Of a stretch of DNA of 64,000 nt, positions 1-12,950 are shown one piece after another. This DNA comes from Octopus bimaculoides (Eukaryota). Where the stretch lies: NCBI RefSeq assembly GCF_001194135.2, contig NC_068989.1:48047052-48111051 (forward strand), read 5' to 3'. Position 1 is the first letter of the stretch. Every line of letters starts with the position of its first letter. Under the pieces are notes generated by a model. It had not been told where the DNA came from. It saw only the letters and a list, made by a program, of their open reading frames with translations, and made no database searches. The position numbers and the translations under genes are program-made.

Positions 1-11
1 AAATAAAACTA

Positions 12-14
<3 letters not shown>

Positions 15-63
<49 letters not shown>
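15..63. repeat. (AAT)n microsatellite
   Basis: Perfect AAT run, directly abutting repeat family A. Confidence 0.95.
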
Positions 64-408
64 GCCCTGACGCAGTACCAGGCAGTGGCTCTCATGGCTT
101 CTGATCTTAATTGATTGGAAGTGTTATCATGTACATTGTTTTGTCTTGGTATAAAAAGATGGGCTACGCAAATATTCTGCTCAATACCACAGATTTGCTT
201 GTCAGTTGTTTGACCTTAACCAGTTGAGCATGTCCTTTGGTGGCTGACGATATGTGCATCTCTGATCACGAGCAGAAGTAGTGGGGGAGCATCATAGCCA
301 TGTGTTGAGAGGAGTTCTTCGGGGTTTGAATAATTCACCTTTGGAAACATGGGTGTCATGTTCATCATCTTTAAAACAAACCTTATTCAGGGACCTTTTG
401 AGCAGGAT
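61..408. mobile_element. Interspersed non-coding repeat family A, partial copy
   Basis: Positions ~146-405 align closely by eye with 50666-50925 (ttggtataaaagatgggcta...ccttattcagggac). Both copies start in an (AAT)n tract. Confidence 0.85.
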
Positions 409-409
409 C

Positions 410-730
410 GGCTTTGCTGTGTGTTAAGAAACCTGCTTCCCAACCGCATGGTTTCGGGATCACTCTCACTGCGTGGCACCTTCGGCAAGTGTCTTCTATT
501 ATAGCCGTTCAAAGCCTTGTGAGTGGATTTGGTTGACAGAAACTGAAAGAAGCCGGTCGTATATATGTGCATGCGTGTGTGTATGTGTGTTTGTCTTTAC
601 GTATGTATCTATCCTCCACCAACGACTGACAACCGGTGTTGGTATATTTATATCACAGTTAGATAACAGCTCGGCAAAAGAAACCGATAAAGTACCCGGC
701 TTTACAAAAACTAATAAGTACTGGGTTCTA
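410..730 (+). mobile_element. tRNA-derived SINE family B with internal (TG/TA)n, decayed copy
   Basis: tRNA-like head, the core aagccttgtgagtggatttgg, an internal microsatellite and a cggcaaaagaaaccgata tail, all shared with the copies at 3937 and 54549. Confidence 0.85.
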
Positions 731-1315
731 TTTGTGTAAAAGAATAAATGCGCACATCAATACATACATACTAATAGATAAACCTAAGTGTGCTGTGCAT
801 ATATACATATGTGTACACATACACACACAGACACACCATACATACATAGAGGAGAAAGATATCAGCTAATACTCATCAGACAAAAACGATATCAAAATCA
901 AAATGTAAAGAAATGCAGCAATTTTTCTAGATTTTTTTCTTCTAGATCTTTATTCATTATTTCGATCGCAATTCAGTTATGCCGCCATCTTTTCCAGTTT
1001 GGAGTGTTGTGTCCAAATTGATTGGGGACGAGTTATTTCTGTTACAATAATGTGCTGACTTGATGCGTAGTTGTGATAGCATGAAAATTAAAGCTAGTTG
1101 TTGGGTATGGGAGAGAGAGAAAAACAATGTCGATAGAATGTTCGTAGCAGAAGAGCAAGCTATCCAAGGAATAGTCGATTTTGGCTCTGAAGTAAAAGCA
1201 AAATGTGAATGAGCCGTCATTGGCGTAATAAATAACAGCTTCATTTCACATGTACCCGCTGGTAAGTTTCCGTTTAGTACATGTATGATTGTGTGTGCAC
1301 AGACATAATATAATG

Positions 1316-1371
<56 letters not shown>

Positions 1372-1373
1372 TA

Positions 1374-1409
<36 letters not shown>

Positions 1410-1606
1410 TGTATGTATGTATGTATGTATGTATCAGTGTACATATACTTCGGTACACGTATTACGCCAGCCTTCTAATTGTATGACTTAAACGAGCATG
1501 TATTGCACGCAATGCCATAAATATATGCATGTGTGTGTGTGTGTTTGAGTACATATAGACACACACATACACACACACACACGCACACACGCACATATAT
1601 ACACAT

Positions 1607-1637
<31 letters not shown>

Positions 1638-2133
1638 TATATACATACAAATGCAGCGATGATATATTTCTCCGCTTCCAGTATATATATATATATATGG
1701 ATAGATAGATAGATAGATACATACATACATACATACATACATACATACATACATACATGCATACATACATATAGTACACATACAAGTCTATACTTACAAA
1801 CCTAGAAATGTATGGATACATAGATTAGATACATCTTAGTGCGTGTATGTGGGGTGCGTGTATGTGTGGTGCGTGTATGTGTGGTGCGTGTATGTATGTG
1901 CGTGTAATTATTTATGCATGTTTGTTTATGCATGTATGTGTCCTAGGCTATTGATTTAGTTGTTAGTCAATTCCTCAATAAGAATAGAAATAGATTTGTC
2001 TCTACAAATGTTGTTTCCATGCTGAAAGTATATTCGACTTTGTCCATTACGACATAGGATGGCATACATGTGCAAATGTATATTTCTATTTATGTACACA
2101 GCCACGCACGCACACACACACACACACCCATAT

Positions 2134-2653
2134 NNNNNNNNNNNNNNNNNNNNNNNNNNNNNNNNNNNNNNNNNNNNNNNNNNNNNNNNNNNNNNNNNNN
2201 NNNNNNNNNNNNNNNNNNNNNNNNNNNNNNNNNNNNNNNNNNNNNNNNNNNNNNNNNNNNNNNNNNNNNNNNNNNNNNNNNNNNNNNNNNNNNNNNNNNN
2301 NNNNNNNNNNNNNNNNNNNNNNNNNNNNNNNNNNNNNNNNNNNNNNNNNNNNNNNNNNNNNNNNNNNNNNNNNNNNNNNNNNNNNNNNNNNNNNNNNNNN
2401 NNNNNNNNNNNNNNNNNNNNNNNNNNNNNNNNNNNNNNNNNNNNNNNNNNNNNNNNNNNNNNNNNNNNNNNNNNNNNNNNNNNNNNNNNNNNNNNNNNNN
2501 NNNNNNNNNNNNNNNNNNNNNNNNNNNNNNNNNNNNNNNNNNNNNNNNNNNNNNNNNNNNNNNNNNNNNNNNNNNNNNNNNNNNNNNNNNNNNNNNNNNN
2601 NNNNNNNNNNNNNNNNNNNNNNNNNNNNNNNNNNNNNNNNNNNNNNNNNNNNN
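2134..2653. other. Assembly gap (representative of ~14 N-runs)
   Basis: Other gaps lie at about 3037-3871, 7949-8117, 11954-12050, 21325-22180, 23245-24176, 24908-25624, 26980-27146, 31194-31922, 37520-38203, 56160-56690, 57891-58400, 59490-59525 and 61111-61120. Most are flanked by simple repeats. Confidence 0.99.
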
Positions 2654-2701
2654 TATATATATATATATATATATGGAGAGAGAGGAAGAGATAGGGGCAG
2701 T

Positions 2702-2777
<76 letters not shown>

Positions 2778-3005
2778 CGAACTTCTGGCTGTAAATATGT
2801 ACGTATGTAAAATTGGAAACACAAATGGGCAGATACACTCACGTTCACACTCATACCACACACAGTTACACGCTCCCATATAAATGCAATTACTAGTAAG
2901 TATCAAATATATATTCACATGAGGATTAACAATAAAAACTACTACATTCTATGTACATATACGTCTTTGGCTTCAGTATACGTATGCTTATAAATACAGA
3001 AATGC

Positions 3006-3036
<31 letters not shown>

Positions 3037-3936
3037 NNNNNNNNNNNNNNNNNNNNNNNNNNNNNNNNNNNNNNNNNNNNNNNNNNNNNNNNNNNNNNNN
3101 NNNNNNNNNNNNNNNNNNNNNNNNNNNNNNNNNNNNNNNNNNNNNNNNNNNNNNNNNNNNNNNNNNNNNNNNNNNNNNNNNNNNNNNNNNNNNNNNNNNN
3201 NNNNNNNNNNNNNNNNNNNNNNNNNNNNNNNNNNNNNNNNNNNNNNNNNNNNNNNNNNNNNNNNNNNNNNNNNNNNNNNNNNNNNNNNNNNNNNNNNNNN
3301 NNNNNNNNNNNNNNNNNNNNNNNNNNNNNNNNNNNNNNNNNNNNNNNNNNNNNNNNNNNNNNNNNNNNNNNNNNNNNNNNNNNNNNNNNNNNNNNNNNNN
3401 NNNNNNNNNNNNNNNNNNNNNNNNNNNNNNNNNNNNNNNNNNNNNNNNNNNNNNNNNNNNNNNNNNNNNNNNNNNNNNNNNNNNNNNNNNNNNNNNNNNN
3501 NNNNNNNNNNNNNNNNNNNNNNNNNNNNNNNNNNNNNNNNNNNNNNNNNNNNNNNNNNNNNNNNNNNNNNNNNNNNNNNNNNNNNNNNNNNNNNNNNNNN
3601 NNNNNNNNNNNNNNNNNNNNNNNNNNNNNNNNNNNNNNNNNNNNNNNNNNNNNNNNNNNNNNNNNNNNNNNNNNNNNNNNNNNNNNNNNNNNNNNNNNNN
3701 NNNNNNNNNNNNNNNNNNNNNNNNNNNNNNNNNNNNNNNNNNNNNNNNNNNNNNNNNNNNNNNNNNNNNNNNNNNNNNNNNNNNNNNNNNNNNNNNNNNN
3801 NNNNNNNNNNNNNNNNNNNNNNNNNNNNNNNNNNNNNNNNNNNNNNNNNNNNNNNNNNNNNNNNNNNNNNNCTCACGTCTTAATTCAGCTCTCCTTACGT
3901 GGCAACAGACTGATCTTTGGAACATAATTATATTTG

Positions 3937-4083
3937 GGCGCAGGGGTGGCTGTGTAGTAAAAAGCTTGCTTCCCAATCACGTGGTTCCGGGTTGAGTCCC
4001 ACTGCGTTTCACCTTCGTCTTCTACTATACCCTCGGGCCTTGTGAGTGGATTTGCTAGACGGAACTGAAAGAAACCCCTCGTA

Positions 4084-4123
<40 letters not shown>

Positions 4124-4347
4124 TTTGTATCTATGTTTATCCTCCCACCACCACTTGACAACCGATGTTGGTGTGTTTGTGTCCCCGTAACTTAAAGGTT
4201 CGGCAAAAAGATACTGATAGAATAAATGCTAGGCTTACAAAAAAATAAGTCTTGGGGTCAATGTCTTCGACTAAAACCCTTTAAGGCGGCGGGTGCTCCA
4301 GCATGGCTGAAGTCAAATGATTGACACAAGTAAAAGAATAAAAGAAT
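3937..4347 (+). mobile_element. tRNA-derived SINE family B, full-length
   Basis: A-box-like gtggctgtgtagtaa, B-box-like ggttccgggttgagtccc, internal (GT)n and a taaaagaa-type tail. It may be one of the described octopus tRNA-SINEs (OK/OR families), but this is not verified. Confidence 0.9.
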
Positions 4348-5104
4348 GATCACATATAAAAAGAAAAGATACGAAATAATTCTGGGTATAAGCGCAAATT
4401 CAGGATGCGGAGTTACAAACGGAAATTGTACATTTAAAGTACGCTAACAATAAATTAGTGACTCACATATATTAATATAAATAGTCAGAAACCTTTCAAT
4501 AAATATATCTCTATGAGTTGTCAAGACATCCGAAGAGTAGGCAACGAACTATAAGCTGTCCTGTCAGGAGACTCCCTCCTTTCTGGCAAAAAAGAAATGC
4601 GTTTACATTCTTATTGGGGAAGGAAGATCGGTACGTATTATCTGAGAAACAATCAACAAGCCGTATAACGGATTGTCAGGAAGCCCTTTCCCCTTATAAT
4701 GACAATACTCCAGCATTGTCACATCTGACTGAAACATATAACACTAAAACTAGCTAGACAAACAAAATTTTGCTCTACCCACATAGGAAGATATTCCATA
4801 ACCTCCCACAGCACGTACTCAGTTCTGTTCTGCTCAGCTCTCCTCAACTCAGTTTTGAGACTAATACCTTCATACAACAAAAATATTACCAAACCGAAAG
4901 AAAAGTGATCTGAAGCTATTCTACCAATCCCTAGAAATAATACCATTATAAAAAAAAATCTAGATTACATACTTCAAGAATTACTCCGATGCGAAAGCAA
5001 TAAACATAGATATATAAACAGTAATATAAGTACTTTGCATGAAACTTAAGCAAGTTCTAAACTATATATAACGTAATATGTCAAAGTGACAAGTATAAAT
5101 ATTT

Positions 5105-5945
5105 GTGATTATGGATAAAAACGAATACACTACAAAATTTACCAATCCCCTCTATGATAACAAGGCATTTATAAAGATTCAGAAAAACATGATTATCCTA
5201 TTAAAAACTAGATATATTAACTTGATTGATGCAGCAAACGTGCAAATATCCATCAACATCATTCACCCACATTGTAAGAGAATATGCCCTAGCGTATATT
5301 TATAGAAGAGTAACAGTATACAACATAGAACAATCCTCTCCGGAAAATAGTTTCCCAAATAAATATACCAATGTACAAGATCGCTAAATGGATAATGTTA
5401 TTAAACAGTTTACACCGGAAAGAGATAAAGAATACATTTATATGTTGCGTTCCTAAAGAAATTAACAAAGATAACCAAAATCTTCGACTTAGATGTAAAC
5501 AGCTTCTGTACGGACTTCCTCACTATATTATACAACGTGTTAAACATTGAGCATTTAAACTACCCACTATAAGAGCTGGTCTAGGCGTGTGTGGTATAAC
5601 CGAAAGTTTTCCTTTAGTATTACGATACAATTCAAGTTATATATGCAAAAGATGGAGTAATAATAGATTCTCTATTAGGGCTCACATTTGAAGCATTCTA
5701 TATAGTTGCAATAGAAAACAAAGTAATACCAAACTATAATGCTACGATGTGATCAGGTTTGTTCAAGATATTTTTGTCATAGTAAACACATAGTGACGTT
5801 TTCAAGAAAATAATAGAGAACCTACAAAACAATTTTGTCCAAAAACTTTATTGCCCTACAGTAGTTTAAATAATTCCATTTCTTGATATAAACATGGAAT
5901 TGAATGAAAATAGATCGATCACATCTGTTTACAACAAGGACTCCA
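5105..5945 (+). pseudogene. Penelope-like element reverse transcriptase, degenerate
   Basis: PLE RT motifs occur in order across frameshifts: IMDKNEYTTK..LYD (5105), YGLP (~5508), GVIIDSLLGLTFEAFYI..ENKV (like GVAMGSPLGPTFANFYM), RFVQDIFVIVN (like RYVDDIF, ~5755-5787) and IPFLDINM..SITSVYNK (~5873-5938). Confidence 0.8.
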
Positions 5946-6721
5946 TAAATGACTGTTCTCAGATGGGATCAACGAATTAAAGCCCTTTCTCTCAATAACA
6001 ATCCTCATGACGGCGAACCGTGAATATCAACTGGTGTCACTTACAAATATGACTACAAAGAAAGGCAAAATCCAATTGGCTAGTGACAGAATTTTAGGTT
6101 TCTGGTTGTTTAACCTTAATGAAAATCGTGACGATGATCTTTAAGAATAGATAAAGAGAGGGCGAGAGAGATTTACAGGATTCGAGAATTTTGTTGCCAA
6201 GAGTTGTGATGATCAATTACATGAGCTGGAAGGTGATAGTTTTGTAGATTCACTGAGTGTGTGGAATAAAAGTGAACAGTAAACGTGAAAGTTTTCCCTT
6301 TGGGAGTATTTACTCTTCGGACCATTAAGGTTGGGAGGTAGAGGAATAGAGTATTCCACAAAGATAGTGGAAACTATCAACTTTGTTGATATAAATCTTG
6401 CGATTGTAACTGTTATATGAACTATGACAACTATGACATTATTTTTACAAGATACTGTACATTTAAAATGATGAACACTTGCGACGTACTGCACTACTCA
6501 AAATTAAGCAAAATTTCATAGTTAGATATCATATCTATCTTATACGGTAGATGTCCTCACAAAACTAGACGATCATTTATGAGAGCGTTATTAACAGCAC
6601 GTCATAATGCAGAAATCAAAGCACATGTCATGTAGACTTATCACGAACAAAAATCCCCCCTACCCCGAGTTATGAAAGAAAACTGGAAACAACAGTCAAA
6701 GGTTTAAATCTGCTGATAATA

Positions 6722-7002
6722 GACGTTTGGCCTAAAGATCAAGATGTTATAACCATGATCTTACGATCGCTGTTTCGATTCCTGTACAAGGCGGTGCGTT
6801 ACATTGTTGAGCAAAAATTTCATTTCACGTTGTTCCAGTCTCCTCAGCTGTAAAATGAGTTCCAAATATAGCTGGGAAGTTAGCCCACCGAAGGGCTTGC
6901 GTCCCGTTCTGGAGAAGATGATGTAATTTCAGTCACTTATACCTCATGGAAACCATATTAAGCTCCAGCTTTATGAGTCCTGGAGCTCAGGGCAGACTAC
7001 CT
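6722..7002 (+). mobile_element. Old tRNA-derived SINE (family D head) with a Meta-domain-like 3' part
   Basis: B-box gtttcgattcc (~6772), a central ctcctcagctgtaaaatgagt, and a 3' part ggaaacc..aagctccagc..tgag..ggcagact resembling the metazoan SINE Meta-domain region as I recall it. Confidence 0.6.
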
Positions 7003-8962
7003 AAATCTAAGTCTAATCTCTTGCTCTATCAACTACAGAATGGTAGTAACGTATACCAGCATCAACTACATCTCACAGAACAAAGGACCTGAAGATCTAG
7101 AAATGCTGATGTTCAAGAAACTTTGAGATTCCGAATTATAACGGGCAAAAAATTTTGTGCTTTCAGAATGTTTTAATGCGTTTTGTATCTTGTTAAAATA
7201 TTCTTGACGTGAGTTCAAGTAAAAATGAGATAATACAAGAGTGAATAAGATGGTTTATCATCATCTCAGAGCACTCATTTAAAATCATTGAATAATCTCT
7301 CTTGCACAGGCCAATTGCCTTGTCCTAAATCTTAAGATGCATCTGTTGAGTTGTAGTCAAAGAAGCCACATGCCTTTTTAAACATGTTTGGAGACTGGGA
7401 GATGAATGATCTAGACTGTATTACTTTCAGATGCTTCAAAAACTATTTATTTTAATGTTTCTTTTTCACTTGTTGAAATATAGAATGGAGCTTATTGCAA
7501 AATGTCGTCACCTAAACAAGTTTATTTTGAAAAGTATTATTTACTTTACAAGCTGAATATTATATAACTAAATATCAATGTTATAACTGGAATCTTTTTG
7601 AACTACTTCGAAACTTTTAGAGTTTCTTTGAAATACTATAATTATTCTATGAGTATTATTCTATATTCTTCTTAATCACATCTTTGTGTCAGTCTTTGTG
7701 TATTAACTACCCTTACAACAAAATGCCTGGTCAGGCTGTTGTTCAAAGATATATATCAAAAGGTTATATCAACCGTTGTTCAAAGGCATACTATTGATAA
7801 ACTGACTTCTCCTCTCGTATTTTTTTTATTGCTCATAATTAGAAAACGGTGCTCGATTCTGCTTTTGGCTATTGGATATTTATCCCAATTCACTTTATTG
7901 AAATACCGATCAACTGTTCTCTTCAGACTATGAATATATATATATATANNNNNNNNNNNNNNNNNNNNNNNNNNNNNNNNNNNNNNNNNNNNNNNNNNNN
8001 NNNNNNNNNNNNNNNNNNNNNNNNNNNNNNNNNNNNNNNNNNNNNNNNNNNNNNNNNNNNNNNNNNNNNNNNNNNNNNNNNNNNNNNNNNNNNNNNNNNN
8101 NNNNNNNNNNNNNNNNGATTGTTATGAAGCTTTCCCTCTTTCTTCCTCGGACAGATACATTCATATGACTATTTTTCTTTTTCCTCTTCAACTTTAATAC
8201 ATTTATTCATACTCTCAATGACTTCTTTGTGTTTTCCTCGTTCAAATTTCTCTCATAAAAGTACACGTATATAAAGCTATCGTATACGACTGTGGTCTAA
8301 TGACTGAATCAAATATAAGAATAAAAGAATACATTCTACTTAATGCTGTCATGTTCACAAAAATTTACAATATAATGATTAATTCTCTACATAATTTCAT
8401 CTTCTCCAACCTCCTCTTCGTTTCAGACACCAACTTCTTTTTGCCTTTCTCACCACTCTCTCTCTCACTCTTTCTTGCTCTATGTTTCGTTCTCTTATTT
8501 TCGTAATTTTTTCCAATTGCTTTTCTCTTATCATTCATACATCTCTACTTTTCCATAAGCACTTCCATCTATGCCTTCTTTTGTTTCACAATTTTTCTTA
8601 TTCTATCACTTTCTTTATATAGCCTTATATTTTATTTAAATATTTGCTATATTATAATTCGATTTAATCTTAAAACCTAAAACTTGTACTCAGCAAAACT
8701 ATAATACCTATATAAGCCTATGTATTATAATAAACTCCCTTAGTTGTGTCAAAAAGCTTGATTGAGAAACTCGGAATAATGACAGTGTGAAACTTTGGGT
8801 CTCTTTCATTGCTGTTTATTATTGATTTATTTACTACTTTACGTATTAAGGACTTTCCTTACTGATATGTTTCACATACAAATACATACATACATATGCG
8901 GGGATGAGGGTGTGTGTGTGTGTGTGCGTGTGTGTGTGTGTATACATATATATACATATATC

Positions 8963-9018
<56 letters not shown>

Positions 9019-9142
9019 TTAGTATAAGTATAAATATAAATGTGCATATATGTGTGTTTAAGTATATGTATACGTGTGTGCATGTGTATTTGTCTTTATG
9101 TACACGTATACAAGTACGTTTGTTTGTGTTTATGCATACATA

Positions 9143-9775
9143 TATTGGGCCATTTCATAAATTATGCGGTTTTTTCATATATTGAGCCATTTCATAAATA
9201 ATGCATTTTTTTCAATTGCATCAACTAAAAGTCGGAGGGGGACGGGATAAATTACCTGCATCAACTTGCTACAAAAGCAGATGGTAACTTTACCTTGTAC
9301 TTATTCTTAGTGCAAGTTTTGAAGAGTGCAGTTCGATTTTAATAGTTATTTTTTCAAAGCTATAATGGAAAATATAAAGGAGCATATTCGGCATATTTTG
9401 CTGTATGAGTTCAATAACGGCAACAACGCAACGCAAAGTGCGAGGAATATTAATGCAGTATATGGGTATCAGACAATAAGCGTAAGCCAGTGTCAACGGT
9501 AGTTTCAGAAATCCCGAGCCGGAGACTACAGCCTAGAATATGAGCCTCGTCCTTGAAGATCTGTAGAGCTTGACGAGGACGTTCTTCAAACCCCGATGGA
9601 ATAAAATCCCATCGCAACTGTTGAGGAACTAGTAGAAAAGCTTCGATTTGGTCATTCAGCCATTCATCGACACTTGCGTGCCATCGGAAAGTACCAGCAA
9701 ATTGGGTCAATGGGTTTCTCACAAACTTTCCGTGTCTAATCACGCGCAAAGAGTGAATGTGTGCTCTTCTTTTCA
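9143..9775 (+). mobile_element. mariner transposon, 5' half (pseudogene)
   Basis: TA+TTGGGCCATTTCATAAAT TIR-like end. ATG at 9365 gives MENIKEHIRHILLYEFNNGNNATQSARNINAVYG..., followed by WVSHKL (a WVPHEL variant). Stops and frameshifts are present and the DDD half is missing. Confidence 0.9.
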
Positions 9776-10128
9776 AAATACTTTTGAAAGTGTACATGTA
9801 AGCAGGCTGTATATATATATTATGCATAAAATTCTGGAATGCCATTGGCCAGCAGCACTCTGCTGTATGGATTCTCATGGTTTTAGTGATCAGTTTTGCT
9901 TCTGTAAGGACTATCCAGCTTGATATACTAATATATCCATCAAGAGCTAGCTAGTATTCGTTAAGAAATGGTCGGTAGAAGGTCAGCTTCTCGTTCCAAT
10001 ATTCAACAATCAAATCAGATTTATTTCTGGGACTATTTTGAAGTCTTTGAATTACAGACGCAATGATATCACCATCAATACTGTCTGTGTATAAATACAT
10101 ATGCACATATGTGTATATATATGTGTGC

Positions 10129-10181
<53 letters not shown>

Positions 10182-10243
10182 ATGTATGTACACATACATA
10201 CACACACACATATTTATACATACATATATGCATATATAAATAC

Positions 10244-10276
<33 letters not shown>

Positions 10277-10389
10277 ACTTTTGGTATCGGTTCCCGAAAC
10301 ACATAGATGGTATAAATTATATAGCATGTAAATAATGAGTTGAGAAACCCTTTTGGATACAAAATGTCAGTCTTTAAAATTATCAATTA

Positions 10390-10520
10390 CTAGCTGGCCC
10401 CCGTGCCGTCAAAAATGACGGCTAATTGTAGTATTTTATATATAAATGAGGTACAAAACTTAGATTTTGATTTAATAATTTTTTTTATTACTAATTTAGT
10501 GAAGCCAATGGCAGAAAGCT
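10390..10520 (-). mobile_element. Helitron-like 3' terminus
   Basis: On the minus strand the hairpin GCCGTCA-TTTT-TGACGGC (10405-10422) is followed 11 nt later by CTAG and then T, the canonical Helitron 3' end. The left boundary is sharp; the right extent is unknown. Confidence 0.7.
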
Positions 10521-11229
10521 ACTGGGAATAGCGAACGAACACACAGGACAATGACGAAAGCAAACACGACGAGATAAAATATACATACACAACAAAAAAG
10601 GCGTATATATATAAATATGTCAGTCGAATTTTAAGTAAAGAATTCAGGTTTAGAAAGCAGGCTTTAAGTGCAGTATCCAGAACTTGTTTCAGAATAAGTC
10701 CCAGATAGTGTGTCTGTAAGAGTGTACCAGTGTGTGTGTGTGTGTGTGTGTGCTGGTCGGTGCGTATGTGGGTGAAGGGATGTGTCCCTGCGCTCGAGCA
10801 GAGTGACACCAATCAGTATACAAGCGGGCGCATATCTATGTGTATGTGATGAGGAAATGGATGCCCAAAATTAATCTAATCCTTATTCAATTAATATTTT
10901 TTAAATAGCCCATGTTAATCTTAAAACAAATCCATGACTAATGAAACTTTTAATCAATCATCAGGTTCCTGTATTGGATGTCCTTGTTAATTCCTAATAT
11001 CCTTTTTCTTTTTCTGTCCCTTAAACCTTAGTAAACCCATTAACTAATATAAATCCTATACTAATTTTTCTTCACATTATAAAAATAAAGCTTAAATTTT
11101 ATGTGTCTTCTAAATAGTATTATTATATATATCAGCTAAAATTTTTAAATAATTTTTATAAATAATTCAAAATAATTTTCATGAACCCAATATGCTTAAT
11201 ATCCTTAGACTTTACACCTTATCTATAGC

Positions 11230-11470
11230 CTCTGAATTCAATACTGACATTAATTCATGCTTCTTATTTTATTAGCTTACCTCTTATTGTTAAAATATTG
11301 GTTAAACTAATATTGATATCTGTAAAACAATACTGATGCTCTATTCAGACTAAAGAAAAAGCCCTGTTTGACCTACATACCTAGGGTTTAATTCCTCAAC
11401 ATTTTGATAGTAGTAAAAAAAACCCAACCTATAAGAGTGTTGCCACTCTGACCAGAGAATCCTTTATAAC
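11230..11470 (-). pseudogene. GIY-YIG endonuclease fragment, probably from a PLE
   Basis: The minus strand reads GFFYYYQNVEELNPRYVGQTG and then, after a frameshift, LV*IEHQY, matching the YVGQT..L..R..EH pattern. Confidence 0.45.
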
Positions 11471-12050
11471 CATATCTTTTATATCCTTGTCCATGCATAA
11501 TGCTTACACCATCCCTTTCCTTAGAAGTGATTGTCCCTCATACTATTACTACTAGATAAGAGACAATAAAATCAGAGACAGTTTAGAATTTTTGCCTAAA
11601 ACCAATTACTAGCCTGATAGACTTGGCTATGTCAAGATGGATTTTTATGTATTCTTCCTCCCACTTGGATTTGAAATGTTGCCACAATTATAATATGTCT
11701 ATTTTACTGTAATTTTCTGCATTTTCTTGCAGCTGAAGATTGCTCTACATCTTGCATTTAATGTAATGCTCGCATTACTTAAATAAATGGAGTAGCATGA
11801 AACGTGCGTACTGCAATCATCTTTGAAATCCGTGTTGCTTATTTTGATTTTTTGATCACCTAGTTTTTGGGAATGGTTTTTGTATAATACCATACCATAC
11901 TATATTCTGGTGCCTAAACATAAGTACCATATTCAATCTTGAATCTAAATCTANNNNNNNNNNNNNNNNNNNNNNNNNNNNNNNNNNNNNNNNNNNNNNN
12001 NNNNNNNNNNNNNNNNNNNNNNNNNNNNNNNNNNNNNNNNNNNNNNNNNN

Positions 12051-12085
<35 letters not shown>

Positions 12086-12572
12086 CGATTTATATACCTT
12101 GTATTACAGCTGTTTTGGAAAAGTTCAGAAGATCGATGGTACGTGGAGAAACATGAGTATAATATTCAAAATCGGGTCTATTCTTCGAGATATCTATGCC
12201 GCAAAATCCTCCATCGGAACAGATCATAATCGCGAATTGTGTGTATTCCATTTCACATAGATGTAGAAGTGGATATAAAGGTAACACCACTCACTCGCAA
12301 AACGGTTGATGACATTAAAAAAGTACTATCCGTGGAAGACAGAGAACAGATCCATGAGTAATAGTATGTAGAGGGAAAGCGGAGTCACCAACACTTGTGG
12401 AAGAAAATCAATATAACAGATAAGAAACAAGACTGAAACGTAAGACAATTGGAAGGACCAGTGCGTATGCTGAGACCTGAGGACACTTTCAGTACGCATT
12501 AATTAAGAAAGAACATTAAGCCCATGTTAGATTTAAGTTTTTGTAGACTAATTGTCCTATTAACATAGCATA

Positions 12573-12662
12573 GGGAATATAAGCATTAATTTAGTGTTGT
12601 GTTGCAGTTTACATGGTGGAATATAAGCATTAATTTACTGTTGTGTTGCAGTTTACAAGGTG
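12573..12662. repeat. ~44-bp tandem duplication
   Basis: ggaatataagcattaattta(g/c)tgttgtgttgcagtttaca(t/a)ggtg occurs twice. Confidence 0.9.
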
Positions 12663-12839
12663 ACTCACCCACAGGTGAGTAAATGCATTCATACTCGGAC
12701 ACAAGCGGAACGATTAGGCCGCACAAATAGAATGAGAATAGCTATAGAAATAAAACAGTCCTGGAATAGACATAGAAGGAGAACTACCTACCTTCGTGAA
12801 GAATTGAATAATTGGTTTGGCTGAAATTCCAAGAACGCT

Positions 12840-12950
12840 CCCGATTATGACAGACACCGGAAGAAGGATGGAGAATACAACCGCCGAAAAATTATGGCTA
12901 TAACAACTGGGATGAGAATACTATTTCAAATAAATCAGTATACAATTTTG
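12840..12950 (+). mobile_element. PLE pseudo-LTR-like relic with a decayed hammerhead-like motif
   Basis: cGGAAGA-agg..cc-GAAA followed by tataacaac resembles PLE terminal sequence; the core is mutated. Confidence 0.35.

Noticed and set aside
1956-3976. Long ORFs of 200-400 aa here and at 21-25, 31-32, 37-38 and 56-58 kb
   Set aside because: They run through N gaps and dinucleotide repeats (X, YI, CV, HT strings) and are not real coding sequence.
3937-4010. Functional tRNA genes at SINE heads (also 14380-14450, 36650-36720, 54549, 61703)
   Set aside because: They retain A/B boxes but do not form a cloverleaf, and most continue into SINE body sequence.
6121-6500. LINE fragment (APE on minus, or PLRLGGRGI RT-thumb-like on plus)
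   Set aside because: There are two conflicting weak readings and neither has enough motif support.
9840-10075. RTE RT (RVLLANGIPE) or hAT C-terminus on the minus strand
   Set aside because: Only single short motifs are present, so it is undecidable without BLASTx.
10900-11900. Possible mitochondrial insertion (NUMT)
   Set aside because: It is very AT-rich, but I could not read any mitochondrial gene or tRNA. A GIY-YIG-like motif on the minus strand explains part of it better.
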